A stretch of DNA of 64,000 nucleotides from Promethearchaeota archaeon (GCA_016839555.1 JAEOUA010000001.1:128001-192000), one strand, 5' to 3'. Counted from the stretch's first letter, positions 1 through 10,857 are shown. The notes: generated by a model not told the origin, from the letters alone. Made by a program: numbers and translations.

Positions 1-2
1 TC

Positions 3-572
3 TCAATTTTTCAATGTCGAGTTAAACGATATACTAATGAATTAGGATTAGCACTGACTAATAAAAAAATAAAAAAACTATCCGAAGCTTGTCTTAATGC
101 ATGGCAAAAATATGTATTAATAGACCCTAATGTGGCTCCATTACTTAAAGAGTTACAGAAATTCAAAAAATTAGCGTTAATTTCTAAATTTGATCACCCG
201 CCTCATTTATACAATATTCTAAGAACAAATGAAATATTAGATTATTTTGATTATATAGTTATTTCTGGAGAAGTAGGTATTAAAAAACCAAATCCAGAGA
301 TCTTTTCTTTCGCACTCAAAGAGTTAAACCTTTCTCCCTCTGAGGTTATTTATATTGGAGATGCCCCTGAAGACATTCACGCCGCTCAATCTGCCAATAT
401 AATTCCCATTATAATAAAAAGGAAAAATCTAGAACATTATTCACTCCAAACTGATTTTAAAAATAATGGCTACTCTCCTAATTTAAATTTACCAAATTAT
501 CAGAATGCATTTCATATTAATGCTTTAACAGATCTTTATGAGATTTTTAAGCTCAATAGATATAAAAGTTAG
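3..572 (+). CDS. HAD-superfamily hydrolase, 5' end outside window
   Basis: Frame is open from position 3. It carries HAD motifs II-IV: LISKF, GIKKPNPEIF, YIGDAPEDI. Motif I is not in the window. Confidence 0.85.
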   Translation, partial: SIFQCRVKRYTNELGLALTNKKIKKLSEACLNAWQKYVLIDPNVAPLLKELQKFKKLALISKFDHPPHLYNILRTNEILDYFDYIVISGEVGIKKPNPEIFSFALKELNLSPSEVIYIGDAPEDIHAAQSANIIPIIIKRKNLEHYSLQTDFKNNGYSPNLNLPNYQNAFHINALTDLYEIFKLNRYKS

Positions 573-1296
573 GAAATGCAATCCTCATCGGAAATCCCTT
601 CATATCAAATTCATAAGACTTGGGAAAGAAATTTAAAGCAGATTTTCCTTTAGAAGCAGAAACTGCCAAGACCCATGCATCTAAAACATCATCAATTGCC
701 AAATCATTTCTCTTGAAATTATTTTTAGCAAAATCTAAAGGATTTTTTTTGAAATTATTAAAAGAATTTAGAAGGGTGAATCTTTGTTCTATGCCTTTTT
801 GAGTTTTTTTATAAAATCCCAATGGTTTCTTATTTTTTAAAGCAGTAAAACAAACTTCAGGATGGCTTTCAATTATTATATCAGAAGCTTGATGATCTTT
901 TTTAAGAAGTGTATCCACTTCTTTGATTTTAGACATAATATTATAAGTTTGCTTCGATAGTCCTTTTCCGGTTAATTCTCTGTTAATATTATTAGCTTCT
1001 TGGTATGAAGAAGCATCTAAAGCTTTCCTACAAGGAGTTGGAAATATTGAAGAGGATCTTTTTTTAGTTAAATATATACGAGCAGCCGTATCGCACAACC
1101 TTGCTTTAGCACCTTCAGATCTTAACCCAATTGGTATATCTATAAGGATTAATTTAGAATCATAATATTTTTTCCATAAAGAGTTTATATTTCTAAAAAT
1201 TTCTATATTCCATTGTTTCTGATTAAGGATAAAACTCACCCAACCATAAGAACAAGAATCAATGCCTAAATAAGTATTATCCGTCATAATTTTCAT
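553..1296 (-). CDS. DUF429-family protein (predicted RNase H-fold nuclease)
   Basis: YLGIDSCSYGW, LIDIPIGL, R.CD, ESHPEVCF and DDVLDA motifs are typical of DUF429. Confidence 0.8.
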   Translation of the reverse strand: MKIMTDNTYLGIDSCSYGWVSFILNQKQWNIEIFRNINSLWKKYYDSKLILIDIPIGLRSEGAKARLCDTAARIYLTKKRSSSIFPTPCRKALDASSYQEANNINRELTGKGLSKQTYNIMSKIKEVDTLLKKDHQASDIIIESHPEVCFTALKNKKPLGFYKKTQKGIEQRFTLLNSFNNFKKNPLDFAKNNFKRNDLAIDDVLDAWVLAVSASKGKSALNFFPKSYEFDMKGFPMRIAFPNFYIY

Positions 1297-1320
1297 ACAA
1301 AATAAAAGATATAAAGTGTT

Positions 1321-2778
1321 TTAATTTTGCTGTGAATGAACAGGTGCGGGGATTCGCCCTCGCCTGTTAATAAATCTCTCACATGATACGTTTTTTACCG
1401 GCATGACTACAGATTCACCCAATAATCCACCAAACTTAACCTCTTCACCTACATTCTTTCCAATGACAGGTATTATTCTTACTCCCATTGTTTTATTATT
1501 AATCATCCCAATTGCCATTGCGTCAGCAATAATTCCAGAAATGGCAGTGGGAAAGGTTGAACCTGGAATACAAATCATATCTAATCCTACAGAACAAACA
1601 GAAGTCATCGCTTCAAGTTTCTCTATTGTTAAAATCCCCTTACGAGCTGCATCTGTCATTATTTTGTCTTCACTAACAGGAATAAACGCCCCAGATAAAC
1701 CTCCTACATAAGAGGATGCCATTAACCCTCCTTTTTTAACGGCGTCTGTTAATAATGCTAATGCAGCGGTAGTTCCTGGACATCCGGTAGTTTCTAATCC
1801 CATGTCTTCTAAAATACCTGCCACGCTGTCAAATGGTCTAGTTGTTGGAGCTAATGATAAATCTACTATACCAAAAGGTACATCCAACCTTTTTGAAGCT
1901 TCCTGAGCTACTAACTGCCCCATTCTTGTGATTTTAAATGCTGTTTTCTTTATTCTTTCTGCTAATTGTTCAAAATCAGAATTTTCCTCATTTTTCACCA
2001 CATTTCTAATAACTCCTGGTCCTGATACTCCCACATTGATACAAGATTCTGCTTCTCCGATTCCATGGAATCCTCCAGCCATAAATGGATTATCTTCGAC
2101 TGCATTGGCAAATACAATTAATTTAGCGCATCCTATTGAATTTTTATTTTGAGTTTTTTTTGCTATTTTATGAATAATATCTCCCATCATTTTTACAGCA
2201 TTCATATTCATCCCAGATCGAGTTGAAGCTACATTTACAGAACCGCACACTCTTTCTGTTGATGATAATACTGCTGGTAAACTTTTAATTACACAGAAAT
2301 CCGCACGCGTAAACCCTTTATGAACCAATGCTGAATAACCTCCTAAATAATCTATATTTACTTCTTTAGCGGCTTTATCAAGACTCTTAGCGATTTCTAA
2401 ACAGCAATTAATAATATCTTCTGATAATTCGTATGTTGATAATTGATTTTTATTATGTAAAGGGTTATTAAGAGCATTAATATATTCGAATGAAATTTCT
2501 TGTATAGATTTTAAATTTCCTAATATTAATGAAATTGGTGTAATCGTGATTCTCCTATTGATAATTGGAATACCAAAATCATCTTCAATAGAACTTGCCA
2601 CCTTGGATAAATTTTTTGCAAATGAGATTATTTTGTTTTCAATATTCTCTTTTATCTCATCCAAATTAGGAGAAGCACAATCTAATAAATTAATACCCAT
2701 TGTGATAGTTCTAACATCAAGCCCTTGTTCTTTTATCATTAATCTAGTTTCTAGAACCTCTTCAGGTGTAAAAGACAT
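1321..2778 (-). CDS. PFL-family / UPF0210 (DUF711) protein
   Basis: LDVRTITMGINLLDC, EDNPFMAGGFHG, GIVDLSLAPT, GGLSGAFIPVSED. It follows an ACT gene, the usual pairing for this family. Confidence 0.92.
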   Translation of the reverse strand: MSFTPEEVLETRLMIKEQGLDVRTITMGINLLDCASPNLDEIKENIENKIISFAKNLSKVASSIEDDFGIPIINRRITITPISLILGNLKSIQEISFEYINALNNPLHNKNQLSTYELSEDIINCCLEIAKSLDKAAKEVNIDYLGGYSALVHKGFTRADFCVIKSLPAVLSSTERVCGSVNVASTRSGMNMNAVKMMGDIIHKIAKKTQNKNSIGCAKLIVFANAVEDNPFMAGGFHGIGEAESCINVGVSGPGVIRNVVKNEENSDFEQLAERIKKTAFKITRMGQLVAQEASKRLDVPFGIVDLSLAPTTRPFDSVAGILEDMGLETTGCPGTTAALALLTDAVKKGGLMASSYVGGLSGAFIPVSEDKIMTDAARKGILTIEKLEAMTSVCSVGLDMICIPGSTFPTAISGIIADAMAIGMINNKTMGVRIIPVIGKNVGEEVKFGGLLGESVVMPVKNVSCERFINRRGRIPAPVHSQQN

Positions 2779-2792
2779 ATACGATCACTCCC

Positions 2793-3062
2793 TTAAATTC
2801 TATGCATTATACGAAAGACATCCTCATGTTGAATTGAAATGAAAACTCCAATTTCATCACCCGCCTTTTGAAGATCTTCATTAACTTCTTTTAAGATCGA
2901 ATTGCTTGTTTCAAAATCTACAACCATTATCATAGTAAAGAATTCTTTCGCATAAGATTGAGATATATCAGTTATATTAACATTATGTTGAGCTAGAATT
3001 GTTGAAACTGTTGCAACAATTCCGGGTTTATCCAATCCAATTACACTAACGATTGCTTTCAT
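2793..3062 (-). CDS. ACT-domain protein (UPF0237)
   Basis: KAIVSVIGLDKPGIVA...NITDISQ...QHEDVFRIMHRI. Lies directly upstream of the DUF711 gene. Confidence 0.92.
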   Translation of the reverse strand: MKAIVSVIGLDKPGIVATVSTILAQHNVNITDISQSYAKEFFTMIMVVDFETSNSILKEVNEDLQKAGDEIGVFISIQHEDVFRIMHRI

Positions 3063-3250
3063 TTTAATAACAACAAATTTTTATTAATATTATAAATTCA
3101 TTCGAAGTTTATCAGCTTTATGGTCTAAAAAATAGTATTAGTTAGAATTAATTAGAAATTGAGATTAATTTCTTATATCATGTTATTTATTAAATTTTAA
3201 ATATTGAATTTAGGGATTTCATAGAATAAAATGATAATTAGGAATGAATT

Positions 3251-3882
3251 TTAAATATTTTTGCCCTCCTTTAATAATTCTAATTCTTTTTCCGATAAAA
3301 AACCTTTAAACTTAATTATATCTTCTATTTTTGCTAAGAGTTCGGTGTTAGTTTTAGCATCTGATAATTTCTTTTAAGCTTATTAATTCTATTTTGAATT
3401 TCCATAATTTTATCTTTATTTGAAAATAACTCCTTTTTAACTTGGATATTATCATCTATTTTCTGAGTTAAATCAACTCTTAATTGATCTAATTCCTTAT
3501 TTCTATCATCTATTATTTTATTTATTTCTAACATTTTCTGTTGTAATTCAATATCGGTTTTTTTGATGTTTTTTAATTTTTCTAATTTATTTCGAAGTTC
3601 TGTCAATTCTTTATTGGTTTCTTCATTTTCTTTGTCTAATAGATCAATTATTTTCCCTTTATTTGAAAGTTCTGCTAATAATTCCTTTAAAAAACTCTCG
3701 GAATTGGCTAATTTTATTTTGGTATCTATGATTATTGCTTCTTCATTTTCAATGGTTCTCCTTAATTCCAGAACTCGTCGTTCAAGAACATTACTTTTAG
3801 CTTTTAGATCTAAAAGATAAGTTCCTTTTACCTTTTGTTTTGACTCAGGCTTCTCTTCTGCTTTATTCCAATCAATAGACAT
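3251..3882 (-). CDS. Coiled-coil protein; annotated ORF stops at 3334 but the C-terminus appears to continue in the -1 frame to 3251
   Basis: Heptad-rich K/E/L sequence. The alternative frame from about 3372 reads KLSDAKTNTELLAKIEDIIKFKGFLSEKELELLKEGKNI*. Confidence 0.65.
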
Positions 3883-4064
3883 TTTTTATAATTCCAAGTT
3901 TATTAACTAAAAAATATTTAGGCAAATTAAATTAATTTAAAAAGATTTGAACAAATGCCTATAAATAAACTTATATCTAAGATATAATATATATAAGTTT
4001 AAAATCTTATTAAATTGTTTATTAAAATACATAATATGCTGTATATAATTAAATGTGATGTACA

Positions 4065-4616
4065 TTGCTAATTGTTGCAATAACGGGTGCTTCTGGAATA
4101 GCAATTACCGTTAAAATGTTGGAAATCCTCAAATCTAAAAATATAGAAACCGAGTTAATTATATCAAAAGCCGCGACAAAAATTATAAAAGCAGAAACAA
4201 ATTTTGATGTTTCCGAAATTTATGAGCTTGCCACAAGATATTTTGATATAAATGATTTATCTGCTCCACCAGCAAGCGGATCCCACAAATTTGATAAAAT
4301 GATAATAATCCCCTGTTCCATGAAAACACTTTCCGCAATTGCTCATGGATATGCTGATAATCTAATAACAAGAGCTGCTGATGTTGCAATGAAAGAAAAG
4401 AGAAAACTTATACTTGCAGTTAGAGAAAGTCCCTTTAATGCTATTCATTTAGAGAATATGCTCAAATTGGCGAAATTGGGGGTTATTATTGCACCTCCAA
4501 TTCCTTCTTATTATATAAAACCTAAAAATGTTGATGAGTTAATAAATCAAACTGCCGGACGTTATCTAGACTTATTAGATATAGCATATGAAATTAAACG
4601 ATGGGGAAATAAATAA
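4065..4616 (+). CDS. ubiX: Flavin prenyltransferase UbiX
   Basis: VAITGASG, ASGS, PCSMKTLSAIAHG, RAADVAMKEKRKL, RESP motifs. Confidence 0.95.
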   Translation: MLIVAITGASGIAITVKMLEILKSKNIETELIISKAATKIIKAETNFDVSEIYELATRYFDINDLSAPPASGSHKFDKMIIIPCSMKTLSAIAHGYADNLITRAADVAMKEKRKLILAVRESPFNAIHLENMLKLAKLGVIIAPPIPSYYIKPKNVDELINQTAGRYLDLLDIAYEIKRWGNK

Positions 4617-4702
4617 AAAAAAAATTGAAACTGCCTTCTTTAATTCATAGTTAAATTCTTTAAAGAGAGCAATTGTTATTAATTAATAGGAAGAATTTTT
4701 AA

Positions 4703-5974
4703 ATGGAGTGCATAACTGTGAGATCTTTTTTACAAAAACTTGAAGTAAATAACTATGAAAAAACTATAGAAAGTGATCAATTAGCTAAAATTATTAAGGA
4801 AAATGGAGAAAGACCTACTAAATTTAAAATGAACTCCTTTAAATTTCCAATAGTGTCTGGATTAATCAATAATAGAGAAAAAATAGCTTTAGCTTTAGGA
4901 ATTGATAAAACTAAAATTATCTCTTTTATGATAGAAAAGCTAAATAATCTAAAAAAATGCAATTTAACTAAAAATGCACCTTTTTTAGAGAATAAAATTA
5001 ATCTTTCGCCAGAATTACATATAGATCAATTCTTACCAGTAATAGATTTCTACATGGGAAAAGGGTATACAACCTCAAGCATTGTTATCTGTGATTTCCC
5101 TGGAGAACAAAGGCAAAATGCATCTTTTCATAGAATGCTGTATCTTGGAGATAATAAATTTTCTATTAGAATTGTGGCACAAAGACATTTAGATAAAGCC
5201 TATGTAAACGCTATCGAAAATAATAGAGATTTAAAAGTGGCAGTTATTTTTGGGGTGCATCCCGCGATTGAAATTGCGGCAGCTTCTTCAGCACCTAATA
5301 TGGATGAGTTGGAATTAGCTTCCGCCATTTTAGATGGATTAGATGTGTGTCAACTTTCTAATGGAATCAATGTTCCTAGTAATTCTGAGTTCGTGATTGA
5401 AGGAAGAATAACAAAAAATCTTGCCCCCGAAGGTCCTTTTGTCGATTTAACGGGAACTGCAGATAAAATTAGGCAGCAACCTATTTTAGAAGCGGATACG
5501 CTATATTTTAGAGATGATCCTATTTTTAGAACAATTTTACCGGGTGGAAAAGAACATAGAATGTTAATGGGAGTTACTCAGGAGCCAAGAATCTATAAAG
5601 GAATTCAAAATACAATTCCCACTGTTAAAAACGTGATTTTAACACAAGGAGGCTGCTCTTGGCTCCATGCAGTTGTTCAAATCAAGAAACGAACTGAGGG
5701 AGATCCTAAAAATGCTATTATGGCAGCATTAGCTTCTCACCCAAGCTTGAAACGCGTTATTATTGTAGATGATGATATAGATATTGATGACTCCGATGAT
5801 ATTGAATGGGCAATAGCCACAAGAGTTCAGCCAAATAAAGATATTATATTTATTCCAAATGCAAAAGGGTCTTCTCTCGATCCATCATCTGATGATAGTA
5901 TTACTTGTAAATGGGGCATAGATGCTACAAAGCCGCTTAAGAATAATGAATCATTTAATAAGGTTGAATTTTAA
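4703..5974 (+). CDS. UbiD-family prFMN decarboxylase, probably anhydromevalonate phosphate decarboxylase
   Basis: EGPFVDLTG, PGGKEH, GGCSWLHAVVQI, VDDDID, WAIATR, GSSLDPS. Clustered with AcnX subunits, MVK and IPK. Confidence 0.9.
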   Translation: MECITVRSFLQKLEVNNYEKTIESDQLAKIIKENGERPTKFKMNSFKFPIVSGLINNREKIALALGIDKTKIISFMIEKLNNLKKCNLTKNAPFLENKINLSPELHIDQFLPVIDFYMGKGYTTSSIVICDFPGEQRQNASFHRMLYLGDNKFSIRIVAQRHLDKAYVNAIENNRDLKVAVIFGVHPAIEIAAASSAPNMDELELASAILDGLDVCQLSNGINVPSNSEFVIEGRITKNLAPEGPFVDLTGTADKIRQQPILEADTLYFRDDPIFRTILPGGKEHRMLMGVTQEPRIYKGIQNTIPTVKNVILTQGGCSWLHAVVQIKKRTEGDPKNAIMAALASHPSLKRVIIVDDDIDIDDSDDIEWAIATRVQPNKDIIFIPNAKGSSLDPSSDDSITCKWGIDATKPLKNNESFNKVEF

Positions 5975-7104
5975 TGTATCTCACTAAGGATGAAGAAGCG
6001 ATTCTAAATGGAGAACTTGGCGAAATAAAAGCTAAAGCTATGAGAATTTTAGCAACTTTAGGTGATATTTTTGATGCAGATAAATTAATTCCCATTGAGT
6101 CAGCTCAAATTGCCGGAGTATCATATAAAACAATTGGAGATGCGGGTTTAGAGTTTCTCGAAGATTGGTCAAACACAAAGGTAATCATCGAAAGTAGAAT
6201 GAACCCTGCGGGGATGGATTTGAAAAACTGGAGAGAAATGGGAATTAGTGAAACTTTTGCTGAAAAACAATTAAGAATTATTAAAGCATTAACTTCCATG
6301 GGCGTAAAAGAAAGCTGTTCATGTACACCATATCATGCGGGATTAGTACCCAAAAAAGGCTCTCACATTGCTTGGTCTGAATCCTCTGCTGTAGTTTATG
6401 CTAATTCTGTTCTCGGAGCTATGACCAATCGAGAAGGTGGGCCTAGCGCGCTTTCTGCAGCTTTAATAGGTAAAACACCAAATTATGGACTTCATTTGAA
6501 AAAGAACCGAATTTCTGAAGTAGTTTTTGATATTAATTTCGAATTATCTGATTTAGATTATTCATTATTAGGGTATTATATTGGATCAATAGCAAAAAAT
6601 AAAATTCCTGCAATTATTGGTATTAAACACGCATCCAATTTACAATTAAAAGCACTTGGAGCTGGTGCGGCTGCTGGAGGAGGAGTTGCGATGTTTATGA
6701 TTGAAAATCTTACACCTGAATATGAAATTATAAAAAATCCTGAAAAAATTACTGTGGAATATGATGAATTAGTAAAAATTCAAGAACAATTTTGCACTTG
6801 CGAGCATCCTGATATTATTACTTTTGGATGTCCTCATTGTTCCTATGAAGAGATTATAGATATTTTTGATAAAGTAAAAACTGAGCAAGAAATATGGATT
6901 TGTACCTCCAGAGAAGTCAAGGAAAGATTTCAAAAAATACCAAATAACATAAAGCTTTTTTGTGATACATGTATGGTAGTGGCTCCTATTGAAGAAATCG
7001 GAATAACCTGTTTGGCAACAGACTCCACTAAATGTGCACATTATTCTCAAAATTTATCCAATCTTAAAACCTTAATTAAATCCCGTGAGGAACTTATATC
7101 ATGA
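5974..7104 (+). CDS. Aconitase X catalytic subunit (DUF521), probable phosphomevalonate dehydratase large subunit
   Basis: GVSYKTIGDAG, CSCTPY, WSESSA, TNREGGPS, GCPH, DTCMVVAP. Confidence 0.92.
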   Translation: MYLTKDEEAILNGELGEIKAKAMRILATLGDIFDADKLIPIESAQIAGVSYKTIGDAGLEFLEDWSNTKVIIESRMNPAGMDLKNWREMGISETFAEKQLRIIKALTSMGVKESCSCTPYHAGLVPKKGSHIAWSESSAVVYANSVLGAMTNREGGPSALSAALIGKTPNYGLHLKKNRISEVVFDINFELSDLDYSLLGYYIGSIAKNKIPAIIGIKHASNLQLKALGAGAAAGGGVAMFMIENLTPEYEIIKNPEKITVEYDELVKIQEQFCTCEHPDIITFGCPHCSYEEIIDIFDKVKTEQEIWICTSREVKERFQKIPNNIKLFCDTCMVVAPIEEIGITCLATDSTKCAHYSQNLSNLKTLIKSREELIS

Positions 7105-7487
7105 GAATCAATGGTAATAAAATCGTTCCCGGGATTGTAAAAGCATTTTCTATTGTCAGTGAAAAACCGATTTCTTTTCTTGGTGATATAGATCCAAAAA
7201 AAGGAGTTATTATTGATAAATACAATCCCTTAAAAGGCGAATCCATAGTAAATAAATGTTTGATTTTTCCTTATGGAAAAGGCTCTACCGTTGGCTCCTA
7301 TATTATTTATCAGTTATATAAAAATAATAAAGCTCCAGCTGCCATAATAAATAAAAAAGCAGAAGCAATTATCGCAGTCGGGGCTATTATCTCTGATATT
7401 CCTATGATAGATGGGATCCCCATTGAAAAAATCCCTAACAATACAGAAATCCTCGTGAATGCCAATGAAGGATATGTAGAATTTTAA
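7101..7487 (+). CDS. Aconitase X swivel subunit (DUF126), probable phosphomevalonate dehydratase small subunit
   Basis: ISFLGDIDPKKG, GKGSTVGSY, APAAII. ATGA overlap with the large subunit. Confidence 0.92.
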   Translation: MRINGNKIVPGIVKAFSIVSEKPISFLGDIDPKKGVIIDKYNPLKGESIVNKCLIFPYGKGSTVGSYIIYQLYKNNKAPAAIINKKAEAIIAVGAIISDIPMIDGIPIEKIPNNTEILVNANEGYVEF

Positions 7488-7511
7488 TAAAAAACAATCA
7501 TTACATAAACT

Positions 7512-8129
7512 ATGGAAACATTATTAAAGCGATTTAACCAAATATCAGGTGGAGTATTTGGAATTATATCGCTCGTAATTATGAGTATCATGGGAATCCT
7601 TTCATATAAATATTATCCTTCCCAAGAGTTCAAGCTGTTTTTATATGTTGTTAGTGAATTAGGAGCGGGGCAAGGTGCTATCTTTTTCAATGGAGGGTTA
7701 ATAATATCTGGTGTCTTTTTAATTCCTTTCTTTTTAAAGCTAAATACATATTTAGGTAAAGATCAGTCACAACGTTTACGTATAATATTGTTAATTTTAG
7801 GATTAATCTCTAGTTGTTCATATTTACTTTTAGGATTCTTTCCAATTAATATTATAATTCACATGTTTTTAGTATTTAATATTTTCTTCATCGGAATGAT
7901 AAATATAGTGATTTTAAATGTTCTTATTGCTAAAAACGATAAAATTCTTGATAAATTCTTGATAATATTTGGTTTAATATATGGAATCTCCGTCTTTTTA
8001 TACTTCTTCACACTACTTTTTTATTATACAATCCATTCCATATTTGAATGGTTTATGATTATCTTTTTTTCATTATGGATATTTTCTCATTCAATCTATT
8101 TAATAATCCAAAATAGCAGGTTTAATTGA
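7512..8129 (+). CDS. Multi-pass membrane protein, DUF998-like
   Basis: About six hydrophobic segments; VSELG...FFNGGL and later H and EW residues resemble DUF998. Confidence 0.65.
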   Translation: METLLKRFNQISGGVFGIISLVIMSIMGILSYKYYPSQEFKLFLYVVSELGAGQGAIFFNGGLIISGVFLIPFFLKLNTYLGKDQSQRLRIILLILGLISSCSYLLLGFFPINIIIHMFLVFNIFFIGMINIVILNVLIAKNDKILDKFLIIFGLIYGISVFLYFFTLLFYYTIHSIFEWFMIIFFSLWIFSHSIYLIIQNSRFN

Positions 8130-8218
8130 TTATATCTATATTGAATAATAAAAATTAAGCAACAATCTCATCATATTTTCATTAAAACAAAATATTTTGA
8201 ATATTTACTTCTATTAAA

Positions 8219-8602
8219 TCATTCATTTTTATTAGTTGAATCAATTGCTTGTTCAATAAAATAAAGCAATTCCACCATTTCAAAAGGTTTATTGATAAAA
8301 GCATAAGCACTCATAGATATTACTTCATATTTAACTATACAATCAGCACTTGCAAAAATAACTTTAGTTTTATTATTAATTTCCAAAATTTTTTTCATAG
8401 CATCTATTCCACTAATTCCGGGCATTCGATGGTCCATTATAATTATTGACGGTTTTTTAATGGAGCTTTTATATTTTAATATTGCATCTTGACCATTATA
8501 AGCAAGTTCAATCTCGTTTAATCCCTTTTGCTCCAAGAACATTTTATATAATGCTAAAAGGTCTTGATCATCATCAACAATAAGAATCTTTGGTTTAATC
8601 AT
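8219..8602 (-). CDS. Single-domain response regulator (CheY-like receiver)
   Basis: ILIVDDD, MDHRMPGISG (phospho-Asp), FASA, KPF. Confidence 0.93.
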   Translation of the reverse strand: MIKPKILIVDDDQDLLALYKMFLEQKGLNEIELAYNGQDAILKYKSSIKKPSIIIMDHRMPGISGIDAMKKILEINNKTKVIFASADCIVKYEVISMSAYAFINKPFEMVELLYFIEQAIDSTNKNE

Positions 8603-8885
8603 TAAAGCTATCTATACCTACTAATTAATGTAATTTTATATGCTATTTACCTAAACCTTAATTCCTTATTTATAATGTATTAACAATTTTTAAATATATT
8701 CATTATATTTCAAAGATCATTTAATTAAAAGCAATATATAGCATATTTATAACTCTTAGAAAGGAAAATTATTCTATAATGAAAAAGAGTAATTTATTTT
8801 TATAATATTCTAAAAAAGAAAGCTTATAATTGAATTACGAAGAAAAAAATCATTTTATTTGATTTTATTTCTATAAAATTTCTTT

Positions 8886-9704
8886 CTATGATGGAATTTT
8901 AATATTTGTACATTTCAACTTTTCATTGTTAAGCGCTTTAAAAATATTTCCTTCTACTAATCCATTTATAATTTGAACTGGAATATTTAAAGTGCAAATT
9001 GATTTAATATTGTCAAGCTTTCCTTTAATTCCACCTGTTACATCTATTTTTTTTCCCAAATTAGCTAAAGGAAGACTCCCTATGTCATTACAATTTATTT
9101 CTTCTACTACTTCTATTTTATCTTTAGATTTGTTATAGAGGTAAATACCATCCTCTTCAAACGCAAAAATAACTTTGTTTATATTAAATTCTTTCAAATT
9201 TTGACATAATAAAAGAATTATTTTATCCCCAGAAAGTATTGAGAAATTTCCATCCAAACTGAAAATTATATCTCCATAAACTACTGGTAGAATACCTAAT
9301 TTAAGACATTGCTTAATAGCATCTAGATTGCAAAAGACTTCTCCATTATTATTAATAAAAATTGAAGATGTTTGGATAGAAAGAGTGGGTATTTTCTGCT
9401 CTAAAAATTTCTGAATTATATAGGAATTTAATTGGACCATTACTTCATGAGTTTTAGACAATCCAAAAATTTGATTTTCAATAGAATTTTTTCTGCCTCT
9501 ACTGATTTCATATTCTTGAGCGATAGGATGTCCAAATGACCCTCCTCCATGAACTATTATTAGTTTTTTATTACTTCTAATTATTTCATTGATAGAATTC
9601 TGAATAATTTCTTTTCTTAATGAAAAGGGTTCATTTTTTGAAGTTATTAAACTTCCTCCTAGCTTTAATATCATAATATCTTCATTTTTTTTCACAAATA
9701 ACAC
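8886..9704 (-). CDS. Isopentenyl phosphate kinase
   Basis: LKLGGSLIT, VHGGGSFGH (IPK-specific His), SGD, DVTGG. Confidence 0.92.
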   Translation of the reverse strand: MLFVKKNEDIMILKLGGSLITSKNEPFSLRKEIIQNSINEIIRSNKKLIIVHGGGSFGHPIAQEYEISRGRKNSIENQIFGLSKTHEVMVQLNSYIIQKFLEQKIPTLSIQTSSIFINNNGEVFCNLDAIKQCLKLGILPVVYGDIIFSLDGNFSILSGDKIILLLCQNLKEFNINKVIFAFEEDGIYLYNKSKDKIEVVEEINCNDIGSLPLANLGKKIDVTGGIKGKLDNIKSICTLNIPVQIINGLVEGNIFKALNNEKLKCTNIKIPS

Positions 9705-10653
9705 CTAGTTTATCATTTTTCGCTATAAAACTTTTATATCCTTTAGCTTTAAGTATAGAAGAAATTTTCTCTAAGTCTTTTCTCTTTCCTAATGTGATTA
9801 CACATCCACCTAGTCCCGCACCTGTTAATTTAGAACCAAATGCACCATTTTTCAAGGATATATTAATAATTTCAGAGATTTGTTCGTTAGAAACTTGGAG
9901 ATTTGATAAATATTTTTGATTAAGATTCATTAATTTTCCGATTTCTTGGATATTATTTCTAGTTAATTCAACTTTTGCTTTTTTAGTAATTTTTCCAATT
10001 TGTTTTAAGAATTGTTCCGTTTGTTTAGAATTTATTTCTTTTAAATGTCTTATTCGGTTGATGGCTTCTTTTGTATTATGCTCAATGTTGGTATAGGTAA
10101 TTAAAAATAAAAATTCTTGTGGTATCTTAACATAATCAAATTTTCCATTTTCAAAATATATAGCATTTCCAAACGTACAAATAGTATTATCTATGCCACT
10201 TGGGCTTCCGTGAACTATTTTTTCCAGCTCATACGCTAAGGAATTAATTTCTTCTTTTTTTAAATTTAATTCATAATAACAATTTAAAGCATTGATTAAT
10301 GAAACAGCGATCGAAGCGGAAGAACCTAAGCCCGCACTTGGGAAAAGATTGCTTATTATTTTTATTTCAACGTTTTCTATCTGCACACCATAATCTTTCT
10401 GGAAATTGTAAAAACATTCTGATATTTGGTTATATTTGGAGGAAAATTTTTGGCTTAAAGTTTTAATATTATTTGCTTCGAAAACTTGATCATAATTATA
10501 TAAAATAATCTTAATTTTGTTTTCTTCGATTTCATTAATTCGACATTCTGAATTTACTGATATAGCCATTGCTATAGCAGGAAATCCATAAACAACAGCA
10601 TGCTCACCAAATAAAATACTTTTCCCAGGTGCAATTGAAATAACAGATCTCAC
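9682..10653 (-). CDS. mvk: Mevalonate kinase
   Basis: GHMP motifs APGKSILFGEHAVVYG, PSAGLGSSAS, HGSPSGID, KLTGAGLGG. Confidence 0.95.
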   Translation of the reverse strand: MRSVISIAPGKSILFGEHAVVYGFPAIAMAISVNSECRINEIEENKIKIILYNYDQVFEANNIKTLSQKFSSKYNQISECFYNFQKDYGVQIENVEIKIISNLFPSAGLGSSASIAVSLINALNCYYELNLKKEEINSLAYELEKIVHGSPSGIDNTICTFGNAIYFENGKFDYVKIPQEFLFLITYTNIEHNTKEAINRIRHLKEINSKQTEQFLKQIGKITKKAKVELTRNNIQEIGKLMNLNQKYLSNLQVSNEQISEIINISLKNGAFGSKLTGAGLGGCVITLGKRKDLEKISSILKAKGYKSFIAKNDKLGVICEKK

Positions 10654-10790
10654 TTATTACTTTCACTTTTTATTTTCTAATTCATCCAATATTTCTTTAT
10701 CTATATTAATGAAATAATTTAAATAAAAAGAGATAATTGATGTATTCTAAAAAAAATTAATGAAAGATATTATTTAGAAACTAAAGAATT

Positions 10791-10857
10791 GTTAACCAAG
10801 TTAATAGAGATCTTAACTAAGGAAGCTAATTCTTACCTTAACTTGAGTTAAGATAAG
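10791..10857. repeat. Cluster of TTAAC-N3/4-GTTAA palindromes
   Basis: gttaaccaagttaat, atcttaac and cttaacttgagttaag. 10837-10857 is the exact reverse complement of 59097-59117. Confidence 0.7.

Noticed and set aside
4065-7487. ubiX/ubiD as ubiquinone biosynthesis and AcnX as TCA aconitase
   Set aside because: The context with MVK, IPK and HMGS fits the archaeal mevalonate route better.
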